A stretch of 63,972 bases of DNA, counting the filler, from Craspedostauros australis (taxonomy: Eukaryota): the NCBI GenBank assembly GCA_030167865.1. It is 6 parts of 6 records of this genome, joined end to end, with 100 filler letters (N's around TTAATTAATTAA, not from the genome) between each part and the next. Parts side by side here need not be neighbours in the genome. Positions count along the whole stretch, not along the records: positions 24,352 to 55,332 come from JALAGF010000201.1; positions 55,433 to 59,899 come from JALAGF010000206.1; 4 more parts are not named here. One strand, written 5' to 3'. Positions 45,697 to 58,400 of the stretch are shown here, piece after piece; the stretch's first letter is position 1, and each line of letters starts with the position of its first letter. The position numbers were made by a program, and so were the translations under genes. Below the pieces are notes generated by a model. The model ran no database searches and was not told the origin of the DNA. It saw only the letters and a list, made by a program, of their open reading frames with translations.

Positions 45697-47508
45697 TCAT
45701 GGTTCAAAGCCAGGAGCCTCGAGCAATGCAAGCACCAACCCCACGCCGTAACCGGTGCCTCTCTCTTCCTTCGTTCCAGGCCCCGCCATATCGACATGCA
45801 ACCAGCCACCTTGGTACGCCTCATCCAGATGAGATTCGATGAAGTGTCCCGCGCACGATGCCTGCGCGTTGCTCCTGTCTTTCACAGAGTTCTTCATGTC
45901 GGCAACCTTGCTTTTGAACTCATCCATAAGGATCTCGGGACAGTAGAGCATGGGGTAGACCAGATCACCGGATCGCATACCAGCCTTGACGGCACGCTGC
46001 TCCAGCTCGTCGGAGTTGGCCAGCACTCCGGCGTGGCGTTTGCCGGTGGTGACCAGCTGCGCCCCCGTCAAAGTCGCCATGTCCACAACCAAATCCAATC
46101 CATCGACGTGCTTCGTTGCGTGGGCCACGCCGTCGCCGAGCACGAGCCGTCCCTCCGCGTCGCAGTTGTTGACTTCGACCGTCTTGCCAGAGTACATGCG
46201 GATGATGTCATCGTTTCGGAAGGCAGTTGGTCCGATGGCATTCTCCGCCAAACACAACAGCAACGTGATCTTCTTGGGCACGTTGAGCGATACTGCTGCA
46301 GCGAAGCCACCAAACATGCCTGCGGCTCCACCCATATCATGCTTCATACCGCACATCCCGGTTTTGGGTTTGAGGGACAGGCCGCCAGTGTCGTAGATGA
46401 TGCCCTTTCCGACCAACGCGATGGTCTCTGCGTCGTCATCCGCGCCGACGGGGGTGTACTCCATCTTGACCAGCCGTGGAGGCTCCACTCCGGCCTTCCC
46501 GACGCTGTAGATGCCACCGTACCCTTGCGACTCCAAATTCTCGCCAACGATCTCGGTGAATTCAACGGTTTCGCATTCACGTGCAAAGGTTTTGCACTTT
46601 TCGGTGAAGTAGTCCGTGTTGAGCTGGTTGGGTGGCATGTCGACCAAGTCGGCCGCAACCTTGACGAACCTGGACACAACGCTGGCGTGCTTCAACGCGT
46701 TGCTGTCAGCGATGAATGCCTGATTGGGTGCATCGAAGAAGAAAACACTGATGTTTGAGCCATTGATCTCCTCGTCAACTTCAGCTGTGCTCTTGGACGT
46801 ACCATCGAATAGCGGGAACGATTTGGCGAGAGCCGAGGTTACCGGTCCAATATCCGCATCCGGTGAATCTACAAGCGCCACGACTGTGCAGGACTTCTTC
46901 CCATTGCCGCAATTCTTCGCCACCATGTCTGTCATGGAATGCGCCGCCAATGCATGATTATTGCGCGAGAGCTTGGTGGGCGTCGCGCACAGGACCAGCT
47001 GCTGTGCCACGCCGCCGTTCACATCCGCAACAAACCAGGTGCTTGCCGTGCCGCCTTGATTCGAACTGATAGCATCCAGCAACGATGCCTTGATGGGTTC
47101 TGGAACAACGTTCGATGGCTGCGACGACATGGAGGCAAGAATCGCGTCGAGGCTGTCCTCAATCTGCGCCTTCTTGCCCACGATGATAGTGATATCAGCT
47201 GCGCCGATGGTGGGTGTCTCGACGACTCTTGCAAACTCCTGTTGTATCCCCAAGCCTCGGAACACGCTGCCACCTGATGCGGATGAAGCGCTGAAGCACA
47301 AAGGACTTGGCTTCCTCCCACTCTGGTAAATGCTGCGGCCACCCTTTCCGATATCGCTGACGCGAGAGCAACTGCGGAAGGACTGCCCTGATGAGAATGG
47401 TGCAACGAAGGACGATGCCAAGGGAGATGGCTGGAAGATCGCCAGCATCGTGGCAAGCGGCACGAGCGATGCCCTCGTTGAGGCGACGGCTATTCGTTTT
47501 GCAATCAT
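45697..47508 (-). CDS. NPEPL1: M17 leucyl aminopeptidase, NPEPL1-like, with probable bipartite plastid presequence
   Basis: LSRNN, VGKGIIYDTGGLSLK, MKHDMGGAA, NNCDAEGRLVLGDG, DMATLTGAQ, ADMKNSV, WLHVDMA, TGYGV. The N-terminus from ATG 47508 has ..LASS|FVAP. Confidence 0.88.
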   Translation of the reverse strand: MIAKRIAVASTRASLVPLATMLAIFQPSPLASSFVAPFSSGQSFRSCSRVSDIGKGGRSIYQSGRKPSPLCFSASSASGGSVFRGLGIQQEFARVVETPTIGAADITIIVGKKAQIEDSLDAILASMSSQPSNVVPEPIKASLLDAISSNQGGTASTWFVADVNGGVAQQLVLCATPTKLSRNNHALAAHSMTDMVAKNCGNGKKSCTVVALVDSPDADIGPVTSALAKSFPLFDGTSKSTAEVDEEINGSNISVFFFDAPNQAFIADSNALKHASVVSRFVKVAADLVDMPPNQLNTDYFTEKCKTFARECETVEFTEIVGENLESQGYGGIYSVGKAGVEPPRLVKMEYTPVGADDDAETIALVGKGIIYDTGGLSLKPKTGMCGMKHDMGGAAGMFGGFAAAVSLNVPKKITLLLCLAENAIGPTAFRNDDIIRMYSGKTVEVNNCDAEGRLVLGDGVAHATKHVDGLDLVVDMATLTGAQLVTTGKRHAGVLANSDELEQRAVKAGMRSGDLVYPMLYCPEILMDEFKSKVADMKNSVKDRSNAQASCAGHFIESHLDEAYQGGWLHVDMAGPGTKEERGTGYGVGLVLALLEAPGFEP

Positions 47509-48084
47509 CGTTGGCACAGAGTATCTGCTGGTCCTTCCTGACTTTGTGCTTCGTATAATACAATACGATCGAATACGACCTGTTATAGATAATAGAATAG
47601 TGTGGTATTGTATTATATTATAGAATGGTAGGTATGATGCGGAATGTGACAACACTCCGACTGCATGGTTGTGGTTGATTGATGTGTCGTCCCGCAGATT
47701 CTTCTTGGAAAGATCGCGCTCAATTTGAGTCTTGGATCCGATGAACGACATTCAGTCCCGTCAAATAGCTTGTCTTCCGTGGTATCTAGTTTCGATATCT
47801 AGACAATCAAGTCCTCCAGCGACTCTTTTCGATGTGCTCGTCCCTTATTCTCGCCAAATCACGGCATGATACCAATACTCTACACCAGCGTACTTCTCTT
47901 TGGTTAATTCGTTGCTGTAATGGTATACTCTCTATTTCACTAAATTGTGTCGTCCCACATCATGGCTTCGCACCGCAGTGTGTTGCGATGTGGTGCAACG
48001 GCCATGCGAAACAAAAGCAGCAAACGCCTTTGCCTCACGAGCACACGTATGGTGGGACTATTTTCCACCATGCTCTATCAAAAT

Positions 48085-51000
48085 CTATTCGATACCTTCC
48101 CAGCCGTCGTCATCGAACAGCTTTCGGATTTCTGCCAACTTGAACGGTTTGGGAATGAACCCATCACCTCCGGCCTGCTCGGCCTTGTCTTTGAATTCGT
48201 TGAGCGCGTGCGCTGTCAGGAAGATGATCTTGGGGCAGGCTGGTTGCGCTTGGGTGTGTTGGTCTGCGCTCGTCTTCTCAGTCTGTGCCGATGCTCTGGC
48301 CTTGATGATGGTCGTGGCTTCCAAACCATCCATGACTGGCATCTGCATGTCCATGAAGATCACATCGTAGTGCTCCCTCTCGGAAAGATCGACAGCTTCG
48401 ACGCCGTCGTTGGCAAGGTCGATGGATTGGACGCCCACCCGTTGCAAGGATTTGATGAGAACTGTCAGGCCAAGGGAGGAGGATATGATGAGGCGCCATT
48501 AGGAGGAGGTGCGGCGACAAGGAGATTGGGACATCGCGTAAGGAGTGAAGTGGGGTGAGTGATGCGCTGGGGACGATACGCCTGCTTCACCATGAAAAGC
48601 GTTCACACATGGGACCACCAGAACAAGAATATGCATCGGTGTTTCGTACCTTTTTGGTTGATCCTGTTGTCTTCGGCAACGAGTACCCTCACATCCTGGA
48701 TGGATCTGGATCTGGATCTGGATCGATTGGTGGCGATGTTGGTCGTGCTCGCGCAGTGCTGCAGCGTCCGGTCATGAACAGGGTTTGGCTTGAAATCGGG
48801 TGCGAGAGAAAGATGCGAGAATGATGCCTCGTGCTTTTCGGATCTATCGATGTCGTGTGCTGAGGCATTCATGGTCAGTGTCGTCGCTGTGGTCATCGTC
48901 CGCGTGGATGGCAGCTCTGTTTGCAGCGCAGTCTGGTCCTTCATCAGCTTCGATTCCATCTCAACTATATGATACCTCATGGAGGATATAGATGACGAAA
49001 AGTCATTCCCAAACGCAGATTCTGTTGGAAGCTGCATGAAGCTCCGTCGTAGATGTGCCATGTCAAACCCAGGATCGCTGTCGTATGTATCATCGACAAT
49101 GCCGGCGGCAGTGGTAGCCGCGGCAACATGATTTTTCGCCATTGCATCGCATGCTTGATGTTCTGGATTGGATTCCTGAGAAGAAGTGACGTCAACCAAC
49201 GGCAATCGGACGATGAACTCGGTCCATTTGCCAACTTCTGACTCCACGTGGATGGTCCCGTTCAACCTGTGCACCAATCTCGATGTGATTGCCAATCCCA
49301 GGCCGGTGCCGCCGTATCCGGGATCGATCACAGCATGCGACCGTGACTGGGTGACGAAGGAATCTGAGTGGGCCTGCTGGAATGGCTGGAAGATGTGTTC
49401 TCGGTTCTCCTCCGATATTCCTGGTCCGAAGTCTTTGACGGAGAACTGGATGAAGCGGTCAGCGTCTTTTGAGAGCCCCTGGTTTGTTTGGGAGCTGGTG
49501 GCTATATCTTCCGATTCCGTCACATGCAGAGAATGGAGTGACGATCGTGACAGCACCGATTTGATGGGTGTGCCGCAGTCGGAAGAATCGTCGCAGTTTT
49601 CGTCTACGACACTGTTGATGTTTCCATCGCCCGTGGACACGTGGAACTCCACCCGATCCCCATCTCTGCCGAATTTGATCGCATTGCCAAGCAGATTGTA
49701 CAGAATTTGCTGCAGCCGGCGGCCATCCATCTCCACCAACATCGAGGCAAGTTCTTGGCAGTCGCTGTCCTGATCGGTCGTGCATTGCCTGTGCACATGC
49801 GAGAGGCTGTCGAGATTGGAGACGATGCGGAGTGGGCCGCTGCGTTCGTCGCTACGGCGCTCTTCAGACTGCTGGGAAGCCTTGATGCGGATGCTCTCCA
49901 GCACCACCTGAACAACTTCAACCACGCTGGTTGGTGCCACGACTAGCTCCACCTTGCCCGCTGCCAGCTTCGAGTAGTCGAGCACATCGTTGACGATGGC
50001 GAGGAGGAGATCGCCAGACTGCGCGATCATCTGCATGCTCTCTGTGCTGGAGCTGAAATGCTGTTCTAACCGTGCATTGTTGTTGCCGTACGAGTCGGGG
50101 AGCTTCTCATTCTCAGCATAGCAGTGTGCGCCGGTAGAAATGGAGTTGTTGTGCCGTTCCTTCTCTTCTTGCCACAGTTCCAAAAGCACGTTGGACAAAC
50201 CAACGATGCAATTCAAAGGCGTTCTGTGATTCATGTTGCGTTCGTAGAATGTGAGATGGAGGTACAGCAAGGAACGAATGGACGAAGCATGTCAGTACGG
50301 TCATTGGTGGGTTGGCGGGTTGCGATGCATTGCTTGGTTTGGTTTGGCTTCGGTCATGAGGGAACACAAACACACGAGTAGGTTGTGGAGGTATGTGAAC
50401 TGCACTTACCGAATTTCATGGGACATCATGGCGAAGTGGGCCAGCTGCAGCTGTGCCTGCTGCTTCACTCGTTGATTGGCCTCTTCCAGCCGTTCGTTGG
50501 CCTGTGCCAGTTCTTTTGTCCGATCTCGCACCTCGTCTTCCAGGTACGTCGTCAGTGTGTGTTGGATGATGTCATGGGTGTGCAGCTGAAGCACCATCTG
50601 CAGCGCATTCAAAGACTCATGGATCCGACGGATGTGCGACTTGGTGAAGCCACCTCGGCGCTTGGTGCACCACGCAATAGCTCCGTTGAATTCGCCTTTG
50701 TGCAGGATCGGCAGTGCCAGGTAGTCCTGGAAGCCACCATCGATGAACCAAGAGCAACCTGGCGGACAAGATCGTTCACTGCCGTCTTTGTTGGCGTTGG
50801 TGGTAGACTTGGTTGTGCTGGGGTCGTAGTCCCATTCCATATCATCCCTCGTGATGATCTTAAGGGTATTGGGAGCCGCTGGACTGACATTTGCATCGGC
50901 ATTCGTGCCAGTTTTCGTCTTGGCGTTGGTGGTGGTGGTGGTGGTCGTGGTGTGACTGGCCGGGATTATTTTCATGCGAAACTGCTTGGCCCGTCGCTCC

Positions 51001-52172
51001 ATCAATGTGGCAAACGGTTCATTCGGGTCGTAGTTGGGTGCAAAGAAGAACTGTCGTGGAATTTCGAACTCCTCCCAGTCATAGTCATTGTTGGTGTTGC
51101 TGCTGTCATTGGCGTCGTTGTTGTTGTCGTTGTTGTTGTTGTCGTTGTCGTTGCCGTTGTGGTTGGCATCCTTCTCACGGTGTTCCCACTTCCATGCGTA
51201 CGCAGATGACTGAGGATGCAAAAGCATGCCCGCAATGAACATGCGATCTACTGGGATCATTCCATCATCAGCGTCATCGTTGCTGCTATCAACCTCTGAG
51301 GTATTGGCACATGAGGAAGCAGTCGGTGATCTCGCCATCTTGCAGTAATCGCTGATGAGCGATTCGACGGTCGGCAGTTTGCCACCCTTCAACAACACCC
51401 ATTTTTGTATGGCGTCCAAGATGGTGTCCATGCTGCAGTTCGATTGATTGTCATCATCGTCGTCACCATCGGCGTCACCATTGCCAATGGATATGCTGAT
51501 GCTGGCGTTGCTATCATCAGTGTTGGCAAGCCCGTCGGCATGACTCTCCTTCGAAGTGCACATGTGATCCCTGGCGCTGCCGTGAATGATGCTCTCAAGT
51601 AGTTTACATTGCGAAGTTCGATTCACAAGGCGTTCCTTCGATTGACCACCGCATGGTTGGTTTTGTTGCTGTTGTTGTTGTTGTTGCTTGCGGCAAAGTT
51701 CCGGTTGTCCTTGCTGATTCCAATCACAGGAGTGCGTCCTCATCGACTCAGGTGTATTCTCAGTCGCCACTTCAGTCTTCTCCAATCGCAGCAATCGAAT
51801 GGTGTCATCTCGCTCTCTCAATTGCTCTTCCAATTGTTTTATCCTTGCCTCGAGACTCTCCACGTGATCATTGCCCGATACCAGCGGTTCATGACTGCGT
51901 GATGGACAAGCCGAAGTGCTGTTGAGACATCCGCATGCACATCCCTGACAACAGTTCTTGCAACAGCAGCATGAAGTTGATGGCGATGGAAGGCGCTGTT
52001 CATGCTTCACCAGTATCGCCGTTGTCTTCCTTGTCGGCTGCCAACACTCATCGAACCTCGTGTTCGAAGATGCCATGAGATCTCCAAGCGAAAAGTTACT
52101 GCAGCTGCTGTGGTTGCTTTCGACATCAGTTCTTGTATTGTACCGTGTGAATTCGAGCGCTGAATCGTTCAT
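48085..52172 (-). CDS. Hybrid sensor histidine kinase (GAF-like, HisKA, HATPase, receiver); exons 52172-50410, 50223-48650, 48461-48085
   Basis: H-box MSHEIR|TPLN is reconstituted across a phase-2 intron. N-box QILYNLLGNAIKF, G1 DFGPGI, F-box FQPFQQ, G2 GGTGLGLAI. Receiver VLVAEDNRINQK|V, FMDMQMPVMDG, TAHA, KP. No TM seen. Confidence 0.92.
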
Positions 52173-55100
52173 GGCTGACGAAGTCTTGTCTCCCTCTTTA
52201 GGTATGGTATGTATACTATTATAATACGAGCAGAACAAGGAAATGTCTCTGACCCAGAGTGAATGATCGTCCTTCAGTTGAGTATAGTACTTGCGTGGTG
52301 ACTTCTACTCTTGTGTGTGTTCGGATGGTGCGAATGTGTACGGCCAAGGCTGATGTGTACAATACGATTATGGTTGAGGCTGAGGCTGAGGCTGAGGCTG
52401 TGGTTGCGGGTGAGGAGGTGCGTCTTTTCTTGCTTCTCTTCGACCTTCATACAACCAATGTACGTATTGGAACGAGGACTCCTGTTCTTCGTCCTTGCAA
52501 TCGCCCAAACACAGTTGCTTCGCGTTCAGACTTTTCCGACTTCTTCCGATCCGCGGTTCCTTTGTTTGTATTTCGCCTCGCTCTCTCGCGCTCTTTCTCT
52601 GCTTGATTCCTTTGCTTTGCTTTACATCGCTTTCCTGTCCACGTCAACCGCCATGGATCAACCCCTGAGGTTTGCTACCTTTTGGCGCGCCACGAAGACT
52701 ACACGTACATATGAGTACCATACGACTACGAGGAGGACCAGGAGGATGCGCCGGTCGACCAGACCCGCAGCGCAAACCACGGGGAAACACTCCCGCCATT
52801 TCGCCATCGTTTGGTAGCATCGCTCCGTAGTATTCCCAGATATCATTCGGGGAATGTTGCTGCCCAGTGAGAATGTCGATAGCACCGAAAGAATCCCATG
52901 GAACAGCAATATCTCCGAGGCCTTAAAGTTCCTCAGCTCCTGAACGAACAGATCGGACCATGTAATTCTTCCGTATTCGATATCGTGAACATCAACATAC
53001 CTTTGACCAACTCGATCATTGGCCTCGGTAGAATTGTGGTCGTGATTGTATCATGTGTCCTTAACATCGGAGAATTGATTCGAAATGACCCAGCCGAATG
53101 AGCGAATTGGTGCCACCACAACTTTGTCCTTGTTCGAAGCCGCTTTCTCCGAAGATTCGAGACAACAGGCATTTTTGTTGGGATACCTGAAATGATATAT
53201 TCGGACACTCTATTCGGAAAATGAAAAGTTGAAGTCTATACATTTTGTCTAGTTAATATATTGTCCGATATCACTGTTGATAAACGGACAGACGAATCAT
53301 GTCGAATTGTCCGTGAAACTATTCGGACAAAACATATCAGATGTACAAAGGTCAATGTACCGTGTTTGTGTGTTGGTGTCACACCCCCAATTGGTGTACG
53401 CCCCCGAAACTTCTAGGCTGTCATCTAGTGAATCATCAACTCTGCCCATCCTGTGGCACCACATGCAACGATGATTTTCACAACCAGGGACGCATGGTTG
53501 GGAAGAGCTCATTGATCCATGATACTATGTTGAAGAGAAGAGAAAAAGAAGAGAAGGTGATCCATCTCACAGTGTTAGAATATTGATGGGAAACCGGCTT
53601 TGCAATGACCAATGGTGACGAACATCAGGGTTCTGGCTAGCGGCGTTGTAACATCTATTGGGTGTGTGCGAATAGGGCAAGCTTCAGGCCAGGACACAGC
53701 GAATTCTGAAGTAGCAGATGGCGATATGGACCGTAACGAGGTGCTTGGCACTGCAGGGTCAGCTGATCGAACGCCAGTCCATGATGTTGATCAGGAAGGC
53801 ACCTTGTCTGGAATGGGCGAACACAGCGAATTGATTTTCATCCGGTTTGATCTAATCCAACAAGTCGATTCGTTGATGTTCGTGAATGCAACCTGGAACG
53901 CAACAACAGACAAATCCAGTTCGTATCTTTCCGCTCGTCTGGCAAACTCTGTGAGAATTCCACCCGATTTGATACAGATCTGCTCTCAAACCCCCCACCA
54001 CAAGAGAGAGAGAGGGAGAGCCAACGAAGGCACAGGAGACGAAGGGCTGCCTCCGTGCACGGTTGTCTCTGGCACCTCTGCAGAGATTGGTGGCAACAAA
54101 GAAACCTGAAGGCCGCCAACGAAAACAAGAAAGATGTGTTGCTATTGCGGGGAGGCTCGCTCCGCTTTGTAAAGCGGACAGAGATGAAGAGAGTGCCAAC
54201 CAACACGAGGAACAAGCACGAGCTGCAATTCAAGTTGATGCTGCAGCCATGCGAGGTGGCTTGGATACCATAGCTCGTACTCGCACAACACTGCGCTCAG
54301 AAGCGTGCGGTCATCTCATGATATCATCACAGTGCTGCTCGTACTTGGAGCCGAGATACCATTTCAGCTAAGACCATGGATGGCAGTTGATGCAGCATGT
54401 TTCGGATCCAACAGCAGCGGCTGCGTTGCAAAAGAGCCTTCGCGTCGGAGCCATGCAATGCGAATGTGGAAGCGCTAGAGGCTCAGCGCTGCGTATTATT
54501 GTGCAACGTACTTGGTCGATCGCTGCATGCTATCATTCAGGGGATTGCAACAATGACAGAAGAGGCCTGCTCCCATCCATCGATGAAAAGTCGAAAGAGC
54601 CAAGTACAGGCTGCGTGTCATCGGAGCCCAGCGAATGCAACGGCACGGTAGAATAGGGCAATCGTGCAAGCTTCCTGCCTTCCTCGCTTGCGTAGGCGTA
54701 TCCATCAACTGTACGAAACCAGAAGCCCCATCGTCTCAATCCACGTCGCAGCTTCGCATGAGTTCACAAGGGCGCTATTATACTCATGAATCATGAAGGC
54801 ACAAAGTCCCTCCTTCGCGCACAATGCGATTCATACGAATCACGGCGCATATATCGCCAAAGTACTGCCACATCACTACATATTTCCCATAAGAGCCCCT
54901 CGAGTGAGTCGACCAACACTTTGAAATGGACATTCTAACTTTTCATCTGCGATATCCAAACCAAGCACATATTCGTAATACCTATAGTCTCTTTATACAT
55001 AATTAACCGTTACATTTTTTGTTAGATCCTTATTTTAAGTTTTATGGAGTGATCTATGTGTGCATTGCAGTCGCGTTGATCCAACAGCACAAAACCCGTT

Positions 55101-55332
55101 GTTGTTGGCAGAAGGTTCTATCATNNNNNNNNNNNNNNNNNNNNNNNNGATCAGTCACGGACTTGCTTCCGAAGGTGTCAGTCGTTTGGTACGCGTTAAT
55201 TACACGTTAGCATGTGGCACCTGATTCCACATTCTGCTCGTCACAAAGCACATGACACAAAACACATCACACAAAACACATCATCGCCATCATTTCGCAA
55301 ATTTGTGCCATGCTTCGGCTCCATTCACAACT

Positions 55333-55432
55333 NNNNNNNNNNNNNNNNNNNNNNNNNNNNNNNNNNNNNNNNNNNNTTAATTAATTAANNNNNNNNNNNN
55401 NNNNNNNNNNNNNNNNNNNNNNNNNNNNNNNN
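55333..55432. other. Artificial contig linker (N44-TTAATTAATTAA-N44)
   Basis: Same 100-nt structure. Confidence 0.97.
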
Positions 55433-58400
55433 GGTGCTGAAAGACATGATGATTCCCAATTCAGGAGGGCTCCTGAGGAAGACTGAGATCACCATTGTGC
55501 GGAGAGCGGCTGTGAATGTGTTGGGGTCACGGTACCCTGACATCACGTTCGTTCCCCAAGGCAAAGATGCGGTAATGGGGGAAACCGAAAGCAGCATGAT
55601 GAGCACAACCGCAGAAGGGAGCGGAAAGAAGNGAAAGACNAGAGATAGCGACATCGTCCAACCAAGAAACCTCAAGCAGAAGAAAATCAAATTCATGANC
55701 AGCACACCAACCGCGATAGAGGTGGAGGGACAGCGTTTGGCAAAGGCGATGGAGCACAACACAAGTAGTGAGAGTGAGGAGTCCGATGAGGATGAGGAGT
55801 CATGCAAGAGTGAAGGGAGCACAAGCAGTGCGAAAACGGATGAAAACAGTGATAGCGATGCATCCGTGGAGAGCAAGACCACGCATACGCTGAAGAAAGG
55901 CATGGTAGTGAAGAGATTTGACATGACAGTACTGGTCAAATCAGGCGGCAATCCAGTGAAGAGGTATCTGAAGCCACTTAAAAATGGCTAGGGGCGCTCA
56001 AGGATCACGACGACACAATCTTTCTCATGGTGTGGAAGGTGCAAGACATCACCGAGGTGATCGGCAATGCCAACCAATTTCCAACAACTGAGAAGGAGCT
56101 GATGGTGTACATGAGCACAACGAAGGCAACATTGAATGGTCGAATGGTGGCGGCACACATGCGTATTGCTATGACATGTGATCCAAAGGACATCGTGTCA
56201 AAGTCAGGATCGCAGCTGAGTTTCTTCTACCAGCCGACTGGACAGACTCTGTACAAGAGACTGCTGGATGAAGCGGAGTACACAAAGCAAATTGGAATGC
56301 TCACCTACACGAGGAACTTTTCCAATGGACCTGCTATATGCGCCATCATCAACAAGCGTCTGAAGGCTGCAGGAGTCGAAGGCGAAGTTGGGGGGAGAGT
56401 CAGGGCGGACGGAATGATCAACCAGGAATGGCAAGATGCTCATAAAGCTATGGGGAGGAGTTTCAAGGTGCAACCTTGGCAAGTTCTCAGGCTTGAAGCT
56501 GACATCTGCTTACATGTGAGAATCGCCGAAATCCTCTGTGAGATGTTCAATGACATCTCCAAGATTGGGCCAGGAGGACTCTGCAACAGATTCATCCCCC
56601 ATCCAATGGCAATGACGTTGGGCCCAGATGGAGTGGCAGCCATGAAGATGCTACGGAAACACAAAGTGGTAATGGGAAGGATAGTGGAAGTGCGAATCAG
56701 AGGGGTCGAAGACCTTGATGAGCTGGACACGACGGATCCAAGGAACCACTGAGATCGAACCTTGCCAATCAGGTGCATCTGATCACAAAGAGGCTGGTGT
56801 TTATCCACGTTGACAAGCAGGAGGTGCCCTGGAATGGCAAGACCGACATCGCCTACGCATACATGCTCCCAGAGCATCTGGTGAGGGCAGAGGCGATCGT
56901 AAACACCCTGGCAGCGAGGTGCACGTGGGAAGTGGGAGCCACCAGCGCGAACTGGTTCACTCTGACTGAGCAAGCCAAGGTGCATCAGGTGCAGTATGAC
57001 AAGGAGACTTGGAAGGACGTGGTGCTTCAGATCGAATCGATGTTGATGGTGGCAGACGAATTTCCGGATGTCGAGATCAAAGGACTCGAAGTGGTGGAAG
57101 GATCGTTATTTTGACTGCTGGCGCTTGACGACAAAAATGCATACTCGTTCACAACGCACACCAGTCGAAAAGGAACGGCGCTCGACAAGCCTATCAAGTC
57201 GGTCATGAAGCGATGCATGGTGGAGGCTCCTGCGAGCATCCTACCAGGCCGTGGCGACAAGTGCAGGTATGATGCGAATCTTCCAGGCGGTAGGAAGCAA
57301 GTGGTCAATGGTGGTTCCACAGTCGTGGTGGGCAAGTGTGGCTGAATAAGCATCTGCAGCACAGCTGGAAGTGTGAATGGTGGAGGATCTGATACAACCG
57401 AGGAGGCAGGGTGATCGCCCGATAATGGAAGCCATTGCGGAGCTGTGCAACAGGGAGGAAATGCAACAAGTGAATCTGTGTCAAAGGTCAATGAAGTTGT
57501 TCTGGATGTCTGAGATCGTTACGGCGGACGGAACAGGCATTCTGAAGGCGGCCCTTGAAGATGATGGAGCGATGGTGGAAGCCAGTGAAGTGAACGTGCC
57601 TACAGTTGGGCGGCTCAAGCAAGCGTATTGGGCAACATGGAGGTCCAAGCTCAAGGAGATGCTGGGTCGGAATAGTGTGCTTCAGGATCGTTTACGGCTG
57701 GGCAAGTGGAGCAGTGCAGGCAGTGCGGCCTCCATGAGGTAGAATGAGCAAACTGGGAGGCTTCAGGTCCATGGCGATGGATGGATGGGATGGATGGATG
57801 GATGGAATGGGGGGAGGGAGGTTCCGATGAAGTCAAGAAGGAAGCTGTTTTCGCAAGTGCCGGGAGTGGTGGGAAATGGAGAAGGGTCCCCGTGGATGGC
57901 TACAAGCAAGGAGATGGCATACTGATGCTGACAGTTGGCGAATGGGATGATACCGTGGTGGCAGATACCCAGGGGATGGAGAATGTCTGGGGAGATCTTG
58001 GCAAGGCCAAGTCATGGGCTGGGAAACACATCCAATGCGAGGTCGACTGGAGAGATATGGCCCAGAGTATACGAGAAGAGACGGCGGTTGGCAGAAGTAA
58101 CGAGTCTGCCAGAAATGGCAAGGGAATGGCGGCATGGGCGATGGCCACTGATGAGACTCTGGAGGTGATGGTGTTTGGAACCTTTGAGGCTCCGCGGAGG
58201 GAGGGCCTGACATCGTCCCAGCNAGCGGAGTTGGCGGGAATCTACGGTGCGCCAATGAAGGTTTGGGAAATGNAGGAGAGGTTTGGAATACAAGNNGGAC
58301 GGGGGCGCTGAAGCTGTGACAACCTGTAAGCCCTGAAGGTGCTGGAGTGGGTACATGAACCGGATCTGGCGAGTCCTGGTCACGACATGATGGTGGCTGC

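Noticed and set aside
3717..46758. Long antisense ORFs (e.g. 3717..4592, 21424..22434, 28350..29531, 33739..34584, 38444..39463, 45418..46758)
   Set aside because: Codon-aligned shadows of real genes caused by high GC3, with no motifs of their own.
48700..48724. (GATCTG)n and other simple repeats: (AC)n 16803/16920, (CT)n 33678, (GAGGCT)n 52376, (GGAT)n 57778, poly-Q/N/T codon runs
   Set aside because: Ordinary microsatellites that are abundant throughout this genome.
52311..54739. Short ORFs upstream of the kinase (e.g. 53612..54109, 52311..52817)
   Set aside because: No recognisable domains, weak coding signal and stops in all plausible frames. Possibly decayed sequence, but not supportable as genes.
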